In this document: piece after piece, positions 51,243 through 64,000 of the stretch | How positions within the stretch are numbered: the first letter of the stretch is position 1 | How the letters are laid out: every line of letters begins with the position of its first letter | From: Eledone cirrhosa | Lineage: Eukaryota | Reading direction: 5' to 3' | Assembly (NCBI GenBank): GCA_964016885.1 | Contig: OZ024740.1 | Coordinates: forward strand, 90,024,001 to 90,088,000 | DNA length: 64,000 nt | Translations under genes and position numbers: made by a program | The notes under the pieces: model-generated | The model's database searches: none | What the model was told of the DNA's origin: nothing | Seen by the model: the letters and a program-made list of their open reading frames with translations, nothing else

Positions 51243-51283
<41 letters not shown>

Positions 51284-51549
51284 CATGCATATATATACAC
51301 ACATATTCTCTTAGCTTGGTATCGATGTGTGAACGCACGCAAACATACTCCAGCGCGCGCTTATAATCACACCCTCACATACCTTTACATCGCGTGCAAT
51401 AAGTAAATAGTATAGTGATGACATCTTTAGACAACTGCTTTTGATAAGCGTGAAATCTTTTATGTTATCTACAGTCTGTATTTGTTGTCACATCTACGTA
51501 TTTTTTGTACATCCCTTTCTTTTTGTAATTCAGTTACTTTGTAGTTATT

Positions 51550-52050
51550 TTCGGTTCTTGGGTCGCAAAAGCATATAATTCAAAGTGAAGAGCCAATATA
51601 GCGGTTACTGTCCAAAGGTAGACTCATTTGCTTATCTATATGAGTCTCAATTTGGAACATCCTCGCAACATAGCCAAGCATTTATTTTTGCGTGATGAAA
51701 TTCAGTTTGTCATCAATGGAGTAATTGTGGTGTTGCTGTGCAATTTCCTTAGGTTTGAATGTTTGGTAATCATGCATATGTGTACCTAGCCTTTCCTGTG
51801 TTTGCAAATAATGAAACAACAACAATACAAGATAAAACATTTTGCAAAATGCGTGGGAATACGTTCCCATATAACCACCAGGTATCCTTGTAAACAGCGT
51901 GGTTCCCATTGAACAGCGAGGTTGCAATAGAACCCGTTGCCATGCATGCCAAAAAACACATGCATTAGATATTGTTTCGGTTTCAAATGCTGAATAATCA
52001 AATTTTGTAACAAAAAAAATGAAAACATTATCTTATACCTGTTCAACTCC
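51550..52050 (-). mobile_element. Possible very old hAT (Charlie-like) transposase 3' remnant
   Basis: Fragmentary FW..., FPT.F.C..., NIQ..Q..H* pattern and gggtcgc subterminal motif; weak. Confidence 0.25.
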
Positions 52051-52174
52051 TGCCCTACCCATTAGAACTATTTACTTTTGATATAATTACAACTTTTTAC
52101 GTAGAGGTTTGTAATAGATTAGATTTATTTAAATGATAATGCTATATATATATATATATATATATACATATATA

Positions 52175-52860
52175 TTAGATTATGCAAGAAATGCTTAGGA
52201 TTATCCTGAATGCAGTAATGGTTAATTACTACACCGGATAGAGTCGACGTACGGTGAGGGGTTACTCAACGAGTTTCAAAAGAACAGTTAAAGAAACTTG
52301 GCTTCCGATTCTTCTATATTCCGTAGTGTAGATAAAGAATGATTAATTAAACAGGTAGACATCATAAAAAAGTAATTTATTCCAAGTGTTTACAAATGTT
52401 TCCTTGGTAGTTACACAGCCTAGTCAAGCTATATGAAAATCGCTAGTTATTAATTTGCAGATACTCAATTTTCAAATGCTGTTCGTACCACCAATTCTTC
52501 AAAACTAATATGGCTGGATCATAATTTCTTAGTATTACTAAAAGGGAGTAATTGGGGAAGATAGAGTAGAAAAGGAAGAGAGGAAGAAAGGGAGAGCGTG
52601 AGAGAGAGATATGTAGGGGTAGGAGAAATGGGAGAGAGTGGTTTGAAGAATACAGATAGCTTAATCTAAAGGTTGTTATAGGGGTTCAACAAGTGGTTTT
52701 ATTATAATGCTTACTCTCAAAGTGACAACTTAGGCATTGTGTTGATGTTATCAAGTTTGGAATTATTTACTGCCACAGATAGCAGGTTAATAGATGTAGG
52801 GAAGGAAGGAGATAGAGAGAAAGAAAGAGAGAAAGAAAGTGAGAGAGAGAAATATAGAGA

Positions 52861-52926
<66 letters not shown>

Positions 52927-54650
52927 AAACAAGTTAAGAGAAGGGGAAGGAAAGGCGATATACATCGAGTTGATGGTTGTAGTTTGCTGATCATACTTAA
53001 GTATCCATTTATTACGATAAGCAAGGTACTGGTTAGTAGTGTGTGTGTGTGGGTGGGGATAGTTAGGAACTAAGTATTCAGTGAAATTAGTTAGCGAGAA
53101 AGTGGTGTAGTACTCTCGTGTTCAAATTATGTTAAGTTACTTTTATAGTGAGAAAATTTAGCCTCAGTTTGTGGTCGTAGTATAACGATCGTTCGATTCT
53201 GTCATTTAGTAAATTGTTTTTAGATTTCAAGATATAAAAAAGTTGAAGGTTGCACAATCTGCAGTATTTTAATCCACTCCGATATGCACTAGCGCTGGAT
53301 AATTTATCCCATTTTAGGGTGAACTGAGTTGCCATGTCTTATTAGCGAATGTAATTACATAACGGTGTTCAGGATGCTTAATCGAACATCGATGACGATA
53401 CCAGCGTGACTTAAAGGAAGTAGTGGTAGACCCGACGTAATAACATTTCTGGTCGTTTGATTCGACAGTGCATTGATAAACAATGTTCGACTCCAGGCAT
53501 TTATTCTTCACTGGGCATCTCTCGGGTAGGTGGCAATTACAGTTTTTGTTATGTGTAACAACAGTACTATGGATAGGCTGTGATAACAGTACATGTGGGT
53601 TGTGTAATACCCGCCTCCCATTTGGTGGTTGGGAAGTTGATATTATGTTATGCCCATCTGTGTCTAAAATATTTTATTTGTAGTGTTGTTTAATTATGGC
53701 TTTAAGTTAAGTTCTTTTTATGTGTGCTTCTAGGTTTGGTGCAGTGGAGTATGAAAGCCTAACAGTCTTAGAGTTTAGAATGTTACTGTATTTATGGGAA
53801 TTAGGGGAATGCTTGTTAATTATCTTAAAGAATAAAAGAGATAGTTTCGTACTAATCGAAGCGTTAAAAATGGGATTATACCAGGCATACTTCCTACAAC
53901 GTAATTTATTTGAGTTTGGTGATGATTTTCTATTATTAGTATGACTGGTGGTACAGCGTGTGTGTGTTTGTGTGCCTGCGCCCCGGTTACATATTCTTCG
54001 ATTCCGTGTGTTGCTCTGTTTGCTCTAGTGATTCTTATCAATGTATTCTATTTTATCCCTGTGGTCAGCATTCCCCAGTGCGTTATTATAGTATTCTGCA
54101 TGTTCGCTGAAAATCTGAGAGTTAGACGATACGCCAGAGATTCTAAGATAAATACTACGAGGAACCGATTTGATCATGGAAATTGGGTGATTGGAGTTGT
54201 AATTAATATAGGTAAGGTTCTCGTTTATCTTGTGGAAGGGTCGTATCAATCCTGTGTTCAAATTAAGAGTTACGGCTAGAAAATTCGCTTTGGAGTGGAT
54301 TAAAATACTGCAGATTATGCAACCTTGAAATTTTTTTAGATCTTGAAATCTAAAAACAAATGACAGAATCGAACGATCGTTATACTGCAACCACAAACTA
54401 AGGCTACATTTTCTCACTATAAAAGTAACTTAACATAATTTGAACCCGAGACTACTACACCACTTACTCTCTAACAAATTTCACTCAAAACTTACTTCTT
54501 AACTATACCCCCCACCCCCACCCCCCACACACACACTACTAACCAGTACCTACCTTATCGTAATAAATGGTTACTTAAGTACGATCAGCAAACTACAACC
54601 ATCAACTCGGTGTATATCGCCTTTCCTTCCCCTTCTCTTAACTTTTTTCT

Positions 54651-54703
<53 letters not shown>

Positions 54704-54704
54704 A

Positions 54705-54745
<41 letters not shown>

Positions 54746-54998
54746 ATCTCTTTCTTTCTCTCTATCTTTCTCTCTCTCTCACTCGCTCTCTCTCTCTCTA
54801 TCTCCTTCCATCCCTACATCTATTAACCTGCTCTCTGCGGCAGTAAATAATTCCAAACTTGATAACATCAAAACAATGCCTAAATTGTCACTTTGAGAGT
54901 AAGCATTATAATAAAACCACTTGTTGAACCCTATCACAAAATTTAGATTAAACTATCTGTATTCTTCAAACCCAGCTCTCCCATTTATCCTACCCCTA

Positions 54999-55079
<81 letters not shown>

Positions 55080-55412
55080 ATATATATATATATCTCAATA
55101 TATATCTCTCTCCCTCTCGCTTTCTTTCTCTACCTCTGTCTCTCTCTCTTTCTCCCTCTCTTTCTCTCTTCATTTTCTACTTTACCTTCTCCAATTACTC
55201 CCTTTAAGAAATATTAAGAAACTATGATCCAGCCATATTAGTTCTGAAGAATTTTTGGTACGACCAGCATTGGAAAATTGAGTATCTGCAAATTAATAAC
55301 TACCAATTTGCATATAGCATGACTAGGCTGTGTAACTACTAAGGAAACATTTGGAAACACTTGGAATAAATTACCTTTTCATGATGTCTACCTGTTTTAT
55401 TAATCATTCTTT
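52175..55412 (-). mobile_element. Penelope-like element with long inverted terminal arms (~52330-53215 and ~54330-55410)
   Basis: RPFHK..YINYNSNHP..RISGVSS, WYNP.F, CNC..CPVKNKCLESNIVY..YVGSTTTSFKSRWYRH; degenerate CTGAAGA..GAAA motif at ~55237-55300. Confidence 0.88.
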
Positions 55413-55429
55413 ATTTATATATATATATA

Positions 55430-55499
<70 letters not shown>

Positions 55500-55519
55500 A
55501 GTGTATATATATATATATA

Positions 55520-57247
55520 TTGTTATACTTTGGGAGGGTCATGTTGCCAATAAGAAATACACGCACCAGCTGCTTTCACTTCAATTCATTATAATAAATT
55601 TATAAATTTACGAATTTATAAATGTCCGGTTGGTTGGTTATTTCCACAACCAGATGGTTGTTTATATATCGTCAACGTTCTTTTGTCACACAATCTGTGA
55701 CCTCTTCAGTGACTGGGATTTATTTTCTTTGTTTTTGTGCCTCTCCTTTGTTCTGTCCTACGCCATCTTGTTTCTGTGTGTGTACTCAGTCTGCGCATGC
55801 GCCACTTCCGGGTGCCTGTGTGTGTTTATATTCGTTTATTTATTTGTTTATTTACAGGTTAGTTGTATGTTCTATGTGCCTGTGTGTTTTCATTTTGTCC
55901 TTAATTGTAAGTTGTGATGTTGCTGTTCCACTCATGTTTTCTATTTAATTTGGGTTCTAATTCTTTTATGTTTATTGCCTTTGTGATTTGTCTAAACATT
56001 GCGTCTTTTCTGTGTGTAGATACTATTATTATTTCTATGTTCTCTAATTTACCCTTATTTTCTATTTTAGCATGTTGGTAGAGTACAGATGATTCTTTAC
56101 TATCTTGAAGGTTTCGCCAGTGTTCATTTATCCGTTCCCCTACACTATGAGCTGTTTCACCTATGTACACTATATTTTTGTCTCTACATTGTCCTTCAGT
56201 ACATCTTATGCTATATACTACATTTCTAGTTTTACAGTTAATATGGGGGCTTAATTTACAGATTATACATTTCTTATCTATACAGGGGTCTTTGAAAAGG
56301 GTATGTCTTGCTAATAAGTGTTTTTTATGGAGGTACCAGGTCTTTCTACTATCTTAATATTGAGTTTATGTTTATCTAGGGCCCTTCTAAATTTGTAAGC
56401 TAATTCACCACTAGGGGTTGTATCGATGAACATTACACTCTGGTATGTATTGCTATCATACCATGAGTTTATTCTATTAGCCTTATTCCTGGTTCTTTCT
56501 ATTCTATTCAACAATTTGCTCCTATACAAGGGGCAGGTCCCATTTGTGTCATTATTTACCATTTTTTCCCATTTGGTTCTGGCTCCTCTATACACTCTGA
56601 TATTATCTCTCTGATTGTAACCAGAGAACTGCATACGGTGGATGAAGTGTTGTATGTGTCTCTCTAGTTCTTCGGGGTTGCACATGCGGGACACGTTTCT
56701 CATCACCCGTACCAAATCCGCAATCAGTATGTTGATTTTGGTATGGTCCGAAACAGCTGAGTTTCGGTGGATCAGATATTTGGAAGTCATGGGTTTGGCA
56801 TAATGGGAATGGAGGATTTGTTTGTTGTTATTAATGTTATCTATACAGAGCTCTGTGTCAAGTACAGGTAACCGATGGTTGGGGTGTTTACTTGGGTAGT
56901 CTATAGGAACTCTAATACTCTGCTTGATGGAGTTAGCTATTTGCTGGATGCTTTCCATTGTTTTTCTCTAATTCCTGACTGTTCTCTAGTGGGGGTGTTT
57001 TAATTACGATGTTTATATCATCAACGTAGCGGGAGTACATTATCAGGGTTAAGGGGTCTTCTAATTGTTCTTTAAGTTTAAGTTTAAGTCTATTGTCCCA
57101 CCATACCATGAATAAGTTAGCTATGTCGCCTGCAGTGCTAACACCAATGGCTGCTCCTTCCGCTTGGGCATATGTTTTTCCATTAAATTTGAACATATGT
57201 TCCTTAAGGGTTAATATTATGCTAGCCCCTACCGCATGTGCAATCAT
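55520..57247 (-). mobile_element. 5'-truncated Penelope-like element, same family as 14765-17740
   Basis: GAAIG, YSRYVDD, YIGETA; pLTR with degenerate HHR at 55671-55714 (AAAA instead of GAAA); (TA)n on both sides. Confidence 0.92.
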
Positions 57248-57266
57248 ATATATATATGTGAGTGTT

Positions 57267-57361
<95 letters not shown>

Positions 57362-59224
57362 CGAAGGACATGTGGTAAGGAACCAGGTGGACCATAACGC
57401 ACCAAAGTACTCAATACTTGGGGTAGTAGAGTGGGTAATAGGAAGCAGTAAGACCCCGAAGGGCTCTTACTGGTTCCTATATATATATAATTTTTTTTCT
57501 TTTTACCATATGCAATACACATTTTTTACATACTTCAGTTAAAGTAACATATGATAATGAATATGTCCTCCGCAGAATGGAAATATATGGATTTTGAGAA
57601 GTAAACAAATAATGTTTCGCAATAATCTATACATATTTACCTTGATATGAATGAAAATTATCGCAATGCATTTTCTTTGAAGTACGAATTGAATTCAGTA
57701 ATTACTAGCTACGATATTTCCTGCTAAACTATTTTTTGACACGTCATTATTATATGAATATAATGGTTTATCACAGGTGTAACGTAATGAGCTTGATTTC
57801 ATTGATTAGCTATCGTTATCAAGGTTATACATTGATTTGATTATGTTAGTCTTCTATTTCAAAGCATATTCAGCAAATACCATGCTTCAATTTGGAGATA
57901 AATCCTTTACAATCATATACCATTTATATTTTCGAATTTAATATTCATTTTGGTATCTCATTAGATTTTATACGTATTAATCAGTTTATATACGAGTTTC
58001 TATCAGCAACATGTAAACTGCCTTCTCTAAAAGGATTCTTTCTATTCAGCTAGACATGCAATGTCAAAACGTAAATAAATAAAAGAGAATTGAATAACAA
58101 AATATTATAATCTTCTAGTTTCTAAATATATTAATAAATCTCATATAGCATTAACTTTGGAGACTACCAAGTTTTATGTCTGCTTCCTCATAGTCGGGAA
58201 CACCATTAATTTAATAGTGACGCTATTTACAATCGAATATTATTAGCCCTCATACCAAGATCAATGGCGACCATATTCTAGATACAAATATCAACGGCTT
58301 TTGCTAATATAATGATAAAAAAGCAATTGTGATTTGTTTTGCGCTATTTTCTAAAATATCAATTAACACGATGTATAAAAAAGTAAACACATATGAATAG
58401 ATCTGAAAAGAATACCAAAGTCAACAAGTGAAATACAACTAAAATGTTAGATTCTCTGAAATTGCTGCAGCTTAAAATGATTATAATATGAGCAACAGAA
58501 TTATTGGAAAATGCTTGTAAAAGTAAAATATATTAAGGCAAAATGAAATTAATCATTATTTTTACAGTAAAAATATTTTATTACAAAGAACGTTGGAGGT
58601 TGAGATGATTGTGAATATCATCATTCTTAAGTATATTATGTAATTATAAACTGCTTGAGTTTGACATTGCCATATGGCGATTTTCTCTCACAGTATTGTT
58701 ATGCTATTCCATAAAGTACCACATCGATTATAATGCAGGTCAAAACAAATAGAGTTATGGAGATATATTTAAATGTGAAACTTGTAGATGCGTTAGCCTA
58801 TAACTATTGTAAATAATAAATCTTATGATGTATGTGACACAATCAGGAAATACGCTCTTGATACGATTGTTGTTGAGCTACCGTTTCATATAGGAAACAG
58901 ACTCACGGGGAAAACTTCTCGAGGAATATCAAGCGGTTTCAAATTATAAGTAGATTGTAGACACGTACCTTATGGAATTTATTTCGGAATATAATTTTTT
59001 AATATCAGATATCATCGTCAGCCATACACTTTTTATATACTTTGTCATATATTACTTGCTCAAAGTAATACAAAACAATCAAATTGTCATTTACCTAAAA
59101 TTGAAAGATCTGCCTTCCTCAGAGCAAGCTGCAGGAACAGTTTATCTAAATATTTACATAATTACACATACAGAGTAATACACACATTTATAGAAATAAA
59201 CACACAGACGCACAGATACAAACA

Positions 59225-59311
<87 letters not shown>

Positions 59312-59312
59312 G

Positions 59313-59348
<36 letters not shown>

Positions 59349-59399
59349 AGTATATATATATATATATACATAACGTATAATATTAGGAATAACCAAAGT

Positions 59400-60580
59400 G
59401 TGCTTAGAAATACATTGTTTTATTTGCTAACAGTGTTTCATCCATACCTTAGGGCAAGAATCATCAGGGGCTATAAACAAAAGTATATCAAATGTTGCAG
59501 ACTCCATCGAGCCTAGTCACAATAGCAAGGAAGAAAAACAAGTAGGGGGCACACAATACATGATACATATAATGTCATAGAAAATTACATCATATGAAAT
59601 TACATCATACAAAATTACATCAAAAGTTTATCACATAAATTGTGCAATAGATCATCAGGAGATTGAGAGAGGAGAGCAAGAAATGAATGAGGGTGTTACT
59701 CAGCATGATTAAAAAACAAACCACGCATAGATACATCAATCCTCAAGCAGTGTAAGTACATGATTTACAGGCAGAGTATGAAAGCTTGTAAGCAGGAGTC
59801 AGTAAACAGAAAAGTTGTTTAGCAATGGTACAGCTTTACAGACAGGATTGTTATATGAGAAATGTTGCACTCCAGTATTATCAACTTGTAACAGGTTGAT
59901 TTCTCGATATCCGGCCACCACCCTCTATCCATTGGTTCCAGTTCTAAGTATTAGGCGACATAATACTAGGTTTCCAAATAAACGCATAGAGGATTTTTCC
60001 ACAGAGGCAGTCTCCAGCAAACACCTTAAATCCAAAACAGAATACAATGAAGTGAGGTAAAGCGGAGTACATGCACTGCTGGCATTCCAATGAAGGAATT
60101 GGAAATAAAACGGGTCCGAAATATCTCCTATCTCTCACAGTCTTCACGTTAGGTTACGCAACCCAACGTCCCACGTGAAATACACAGTATGGCCTAGTCT
60201 GCATCGGGCTAAAGTGCCAAACCATATGTAAATATACTATAGTAAATGCTCTTCTTAATGGCTAGTTAGTCTCGTAGAGAGAAAGCGTATTTAGAAAACT
60301 GCGCCTATGGAATTATCTAGGTCAGAGTGAAGGAAAATCAGTTATGGTTAGGTTATTAGGCGAGCTTATTAGTAAAAGTGTAAATTTCTGGTGTTTGCAA
60401 GTGCTGCAGAAGATATATTAAACTCACGGCTAGAACTACCGATGACAACAATGTTGTTCCTTATCCACCACGTGGTTTTCGTGCAGATCACTGAATCTGG
60501 AGGTTGTAATCCTTTCACAGTAGGGTATAACCCCTCCTGGGTTGGCTGGAAGTCAATATCAACTGTCGCACTTTGCCTTT
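59400..60580 (-). mobile_element. Possible highly decayed LINE fragment
   Basis: GC-richer block with broken coding-like character; no diagnostic motif seen. Confidence 0.25.
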
Positions 60581-60919
60581 AATTTGGTTTCATAATTTAT
60601 CATATTTGCAAAATTTCAATATTTACCTTCTCGTTAGTAACTCCCTGTCTCTCATCACATATGTATATGTATGTATAGATGTGTGTGAAGATAATGTGAA
60701 AGTAAATTACTAAGGCTATATGTATGTGTAGATGTGTGTGTGAATTTAATTTAACAAACTCGCAAACACGCACTCACACTCACAGGCACATACCCACTCA
60801 TATGAAAAATGTGGCGTGGTGGTGGTGGTGGTGCTGGTTGGGGATTAGTATAGTTCACTATAGAAAGGTTATTTTAGATAAAATATTATATTGATTTAAT
60901 ACAAATGAAAATAACAATT

Positions 60920-61038
60920 TCATGTTCATACTCCCGCGGTATAATACCATTACCTTGTAAAATATAATTTAATTTGGTCCGGGCGTTTGTGAATGCATAG
61001 TAACAGACATACAGACAGATACAGGGAATGTTATATAT
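60920..61038 (+). mobile_element. Possible Helitron/HINE-type non-autonomous fragment
   Basis: aatttggtccgggcgttt followed by (acag)n. Confidence 0.4.
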
Positions 61039-61300
61039 GCAGAGAAAGATATCTGCATACTACACAAATTCGCTGATTGTGTGCTTGTGTTTAATCGAAT
61101 ACACCCAAAACGGCACATAATGGTAAAATCATTTGAAGGGAAGTTGCCCCTTCAATTGGAATGCAAATGGATACAAATGGTGTAACACAAGTTTCGCGTA
61201 AATAGCAGCCGAGTTTCCGAGATACGGGATCTTTTCGAGTACCTTCATGAATAGAGAGCGAGAGATAGAGAGAGAGAGGGAGAGAGAGAGATATATATAG

Positions 61301-61393
<93 letters not shown>

Positions 61394-61547
61394 AATCGAA
61401 TACACCATTACTGTATCTACCTAGAATTTGTTGCCTTAATATTAAGTCATATGTATCATATAACTTGTGTTAGGACAATTTGCGTATAGCGAATATTTAC
61501 TGCTAAATATGAAGGGTTTCTAAGTTCGTGTCTTTAAGTTTGTATAT

Positions 61548-61595
<48 letters not shown>

Positions 61596-62604
61596 CTATA
61601 TATGTATATACATATATACACACACACATATATATAGCACACACACACACACATACGGTTCATCTAATTTCATTTTACATTATATACATGTCTGTATTTT
61701 AATTATTTAAAAATTATTTTTATGCTAACATGATTTTAAGAATTATTTTTAAGTGACCCAACGGGTGTCGATTGGTCTAGTATAATATATAGCTCAAGAG
61801 GTGAAACTGGTCATCGTATACATTCTAGCATATGGCTTTCATTTCTGTTGCAAAATATTCTATCATAGATGTATCGAATGATGGGCATACCTCGTCGGTA
61901 ACATATATGATTATATTTCGTTACAGACGTCTGTATTTAAAAGATAGCTTAAGCCCAAATGAGGCATCCATAATGTCAGAAATGTGGGCAATATTTCAAT
62001 TAATGGAATGTAAATTGATATTGAAGTTAATATATCGCTCTGAATGTAAATTTAATATTTTTGTATATTCATGGTTATATAAATATACCGCTGGATAAGA
62101 ATATGTGTAAATATGTATGAATAATTTATATCAGTCTAGTAGATAAAATATTATATGAATTCAAACATTATTTATTACTATATATTAGGTTTTATTTGGT
62201 TGCTGTACGAGCTAACGGAAAATTTAATTTGATATATCAGCCAAAATATGTGTAGACATGGTGCCACTAATTCATAAACAAACAAATAAATGTTCACCTT
62301 CAGGTCCCAATAATAATATTTTGAATATCAATAATTATGGGATTTGCTCTGAATAAAGCACCACTTGTTGAATAGATAGAAATAAATAATATGATGTGAA
62401 AAGCAAATAATAAACACTAGTTTGGGAAACAGTTGAGAGAAAGTCCAATAAATGCTAACAATGTAAAAGGAAGAGAAAATATCAAAATGTAATAAAATAC
62501 AGCAGAAAAAAAAAAGTATTGAACTGCACTGGTTCACTTGAGTTTGTGGTGAATAGTGTCCTCTAATGAAACTCCCATTGAATCAATTTCAACTTTGATG
62601 TATA

Positions 62605-62698
62605 CAGGGTGTACTAAATAATGTATACGCACTTTGAGTACCTGTAAAGGCATATATTTATTACAAGGCTGAGGTGTAAGAGTTTTTGGGATACGCTG
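62605..62698. mobile_element. Tiny Tc1/mariner-type MITE remnant
   Basis: ta-cagggtgtactaaa ... tttgggatacgctg-ta. Confidence 0.5.
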
Positions 62699-62707
62699 TA
62701 TATATAC

Positions 62708-62746
<39 letters not shown>

Positions 62747-62829
62747 CGTTATTCCGGGTTGAATCGGAGGTAACCACAGTAAGTAAGGTACTCAATACAT
62801 TGCAGATTATAACAGTTTTAATATAGATG

Positions 62830-62880
62830 ATATTCTACGGGAGCAGAACTGTTTCATTCTTTAGAAATCATCAGGAATCT
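62830..62880 (-). ncRNA. Type I hammerhead, slightly degenerate arm copy
   Basis: agattc-CTGATGA-tttctaaagaat-GAAA-cagttctgctcccg-TA-gaatat. Confidence 0.78.
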
Positions 62881-63289
62881 GGGTACTAAAAAGTAAGTAT
62901 GGTATTTATAGGTCTCTTCGAGTGGTAGGAGAGGGTAGGGAGTGGGATGGGTGTAGGTCATTGGTTGATAGAAAAGGGAATTCATTAAAAGCTAATTCTA
63001 CAAAGCCATAGGTTATTTTTATTTTTATTTTTATTTTTAGAGTAACAAAGGCAGAAATAATTCTATAAACAAGTTGTTTATAGAATTCAAACAAACTTGT
63101 TTATAGAATTTTTTCTTTCTTTTGTTACTCTAAAAATAAAAATAAAAATAAAAATAAACTATAGCTTTGTAGAATTAGCTTTTAATGAATTCCCTTTTCT
63201 ATCAACCAATGACCTACACCCATCCCACTCCCTACCCTCTCCTACCACTCGGAGAGACCTATAAATACCATACTTATTTTTTGATACCC

Positions 63290-63340
63290 AGATTCCTGAT
63301 GATTTCTAAAGAATGAAACAGTTCTAGTCCTGTAGAATCT
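63290..63340 (+). ncRNA. Type I hammerhead with intact core
   Basis: agattc-CTGATGA-t ttc taaa gaa t-GAAA-cag ttctagtc ctg-TA-gaatct. Confidence 0.88.
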
Positions 63341-63372
63341 CATCTATACTAAAACTATATATATATATATAT

Positions 63373-63556
63373 AACGAAGTAAGTGTGTTAAGGAACAAGA
63401 TGTACCATAACGCACCAGAGTACTCAATACTTAGGGTAGTAGAGTGGGTAATAGGAACATGTTTAACCCCGACGGCAGAACTCAAGCCGTTTCGACAGCT
63501 ATTCCAGAAATAGCTGTCGAAGCGGCTTGAGCTCTGCCGTCGGGGTTGAACATGTT
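63373..63556. repeat. pLTR-end-like short repeat ending in a ~100-bp hairpin; relative at 57360-57480
   Basis: Shared accataacgcacca..gtactcaatactt.gggtagtagagtgggtaatagga; hairpin at 63456-63556. Confidence 0.8.
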
Positions 63557-63789
63557 TATATATATATATATATATAATAATAATGATAATAATAGTAATA
63601 ATAATAGTAATAATAATAGTAATAATAATAGTAATAATAATAAATTTGAAGACTAAAATGCAAAGCAGGCTCGATAAGGGGCAAAGAACGGGACAAAACG
63701 AATATAATACGTCATTATTTGGAGCGGTGAAAAACAATTACACGCAAAGAGAAAACCACGTTTATGGTATAAAGAAGTCATAGATTAAT

Positions 63790-63909
63790 TGTTTCTACTT
63801 TAGGCACAAGGCCAGCAACTACCCAGTGCCCCACTGGTACTTTATTTTATCGACCCCGTAAGGATGAAAGGCAAAGTCAACCTCGGCGGTACTACCAATC
63901 CACCGCCCT
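63790..63909 (-). mobile_element. Internally deleted SINE with 17-bp TSD
   Basis: agaagtcatagattaat at 63773-63789 and 63910-63926. Confidence 0.88.
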
Positions 63910-64000
63910 AGAAGTCATAGATTAATATTCTATTAGGTGGTTCATAGAGACGTTCTCTGGCAATGAACGGAAAAAACGAAGACAATACGTCATATGTGGA

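Larger units (their letters stand above)
50452..51248 (+). repeat. Near-identical tandem dimer of a 422-bp hammerhead unit
   Basis: tactcagccgttaatatgc at 50452 and 50874; (TA)n flanks; a diverged relative lies at ~45680-45855. Confidence 0.95.
62811..63358. mobile_element. ORF-less fold-back (~265-bp arms, ~18-bp spacer) with one hammerhead per arm
   Basis: 62811-63075 is the reverse complement of 63094-63358; lies between (TA)n tracts. Confidence 0.92.

Overview
This is AT-rich, microsatellite-dense animal DNA; the SINE families resemble those of octopod cephalopods (inference). No host gene, rRNA, tRNA gene or CRISPR is evident, and the window is a transposon patchwork. It contains one near-intact Tx1/L1-clade LINE (ORF2 28378-31797 intact) lying tail-to-tail with an R4/Dong-like LINE on a shared (ATT)n tract. 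Also present are further Tx1, Dong, RTE and RTE-X fragments, several Penelope-like elements (PLEs), a mariner, a small LTR element, SINEs with target-site duplications (TSDs), and a Helentron-like remnant whose PIF1 helicase is followed by a ubiquitin-specific protease (USP/C19) domain. The strongest signal invisible in the ORF track is about 20 type I hammerhead ribozyme (HHR) motifs from roughly 10 unrelated sequence families. They occur in PLE pseudo-LTRs and in ORF-less tandem arrays (about 540, 545 and 422 bp units) and fold-back elements, resembling a retrozyme/circRNA-type system. All structures were read by eye; no folding or database search was run.
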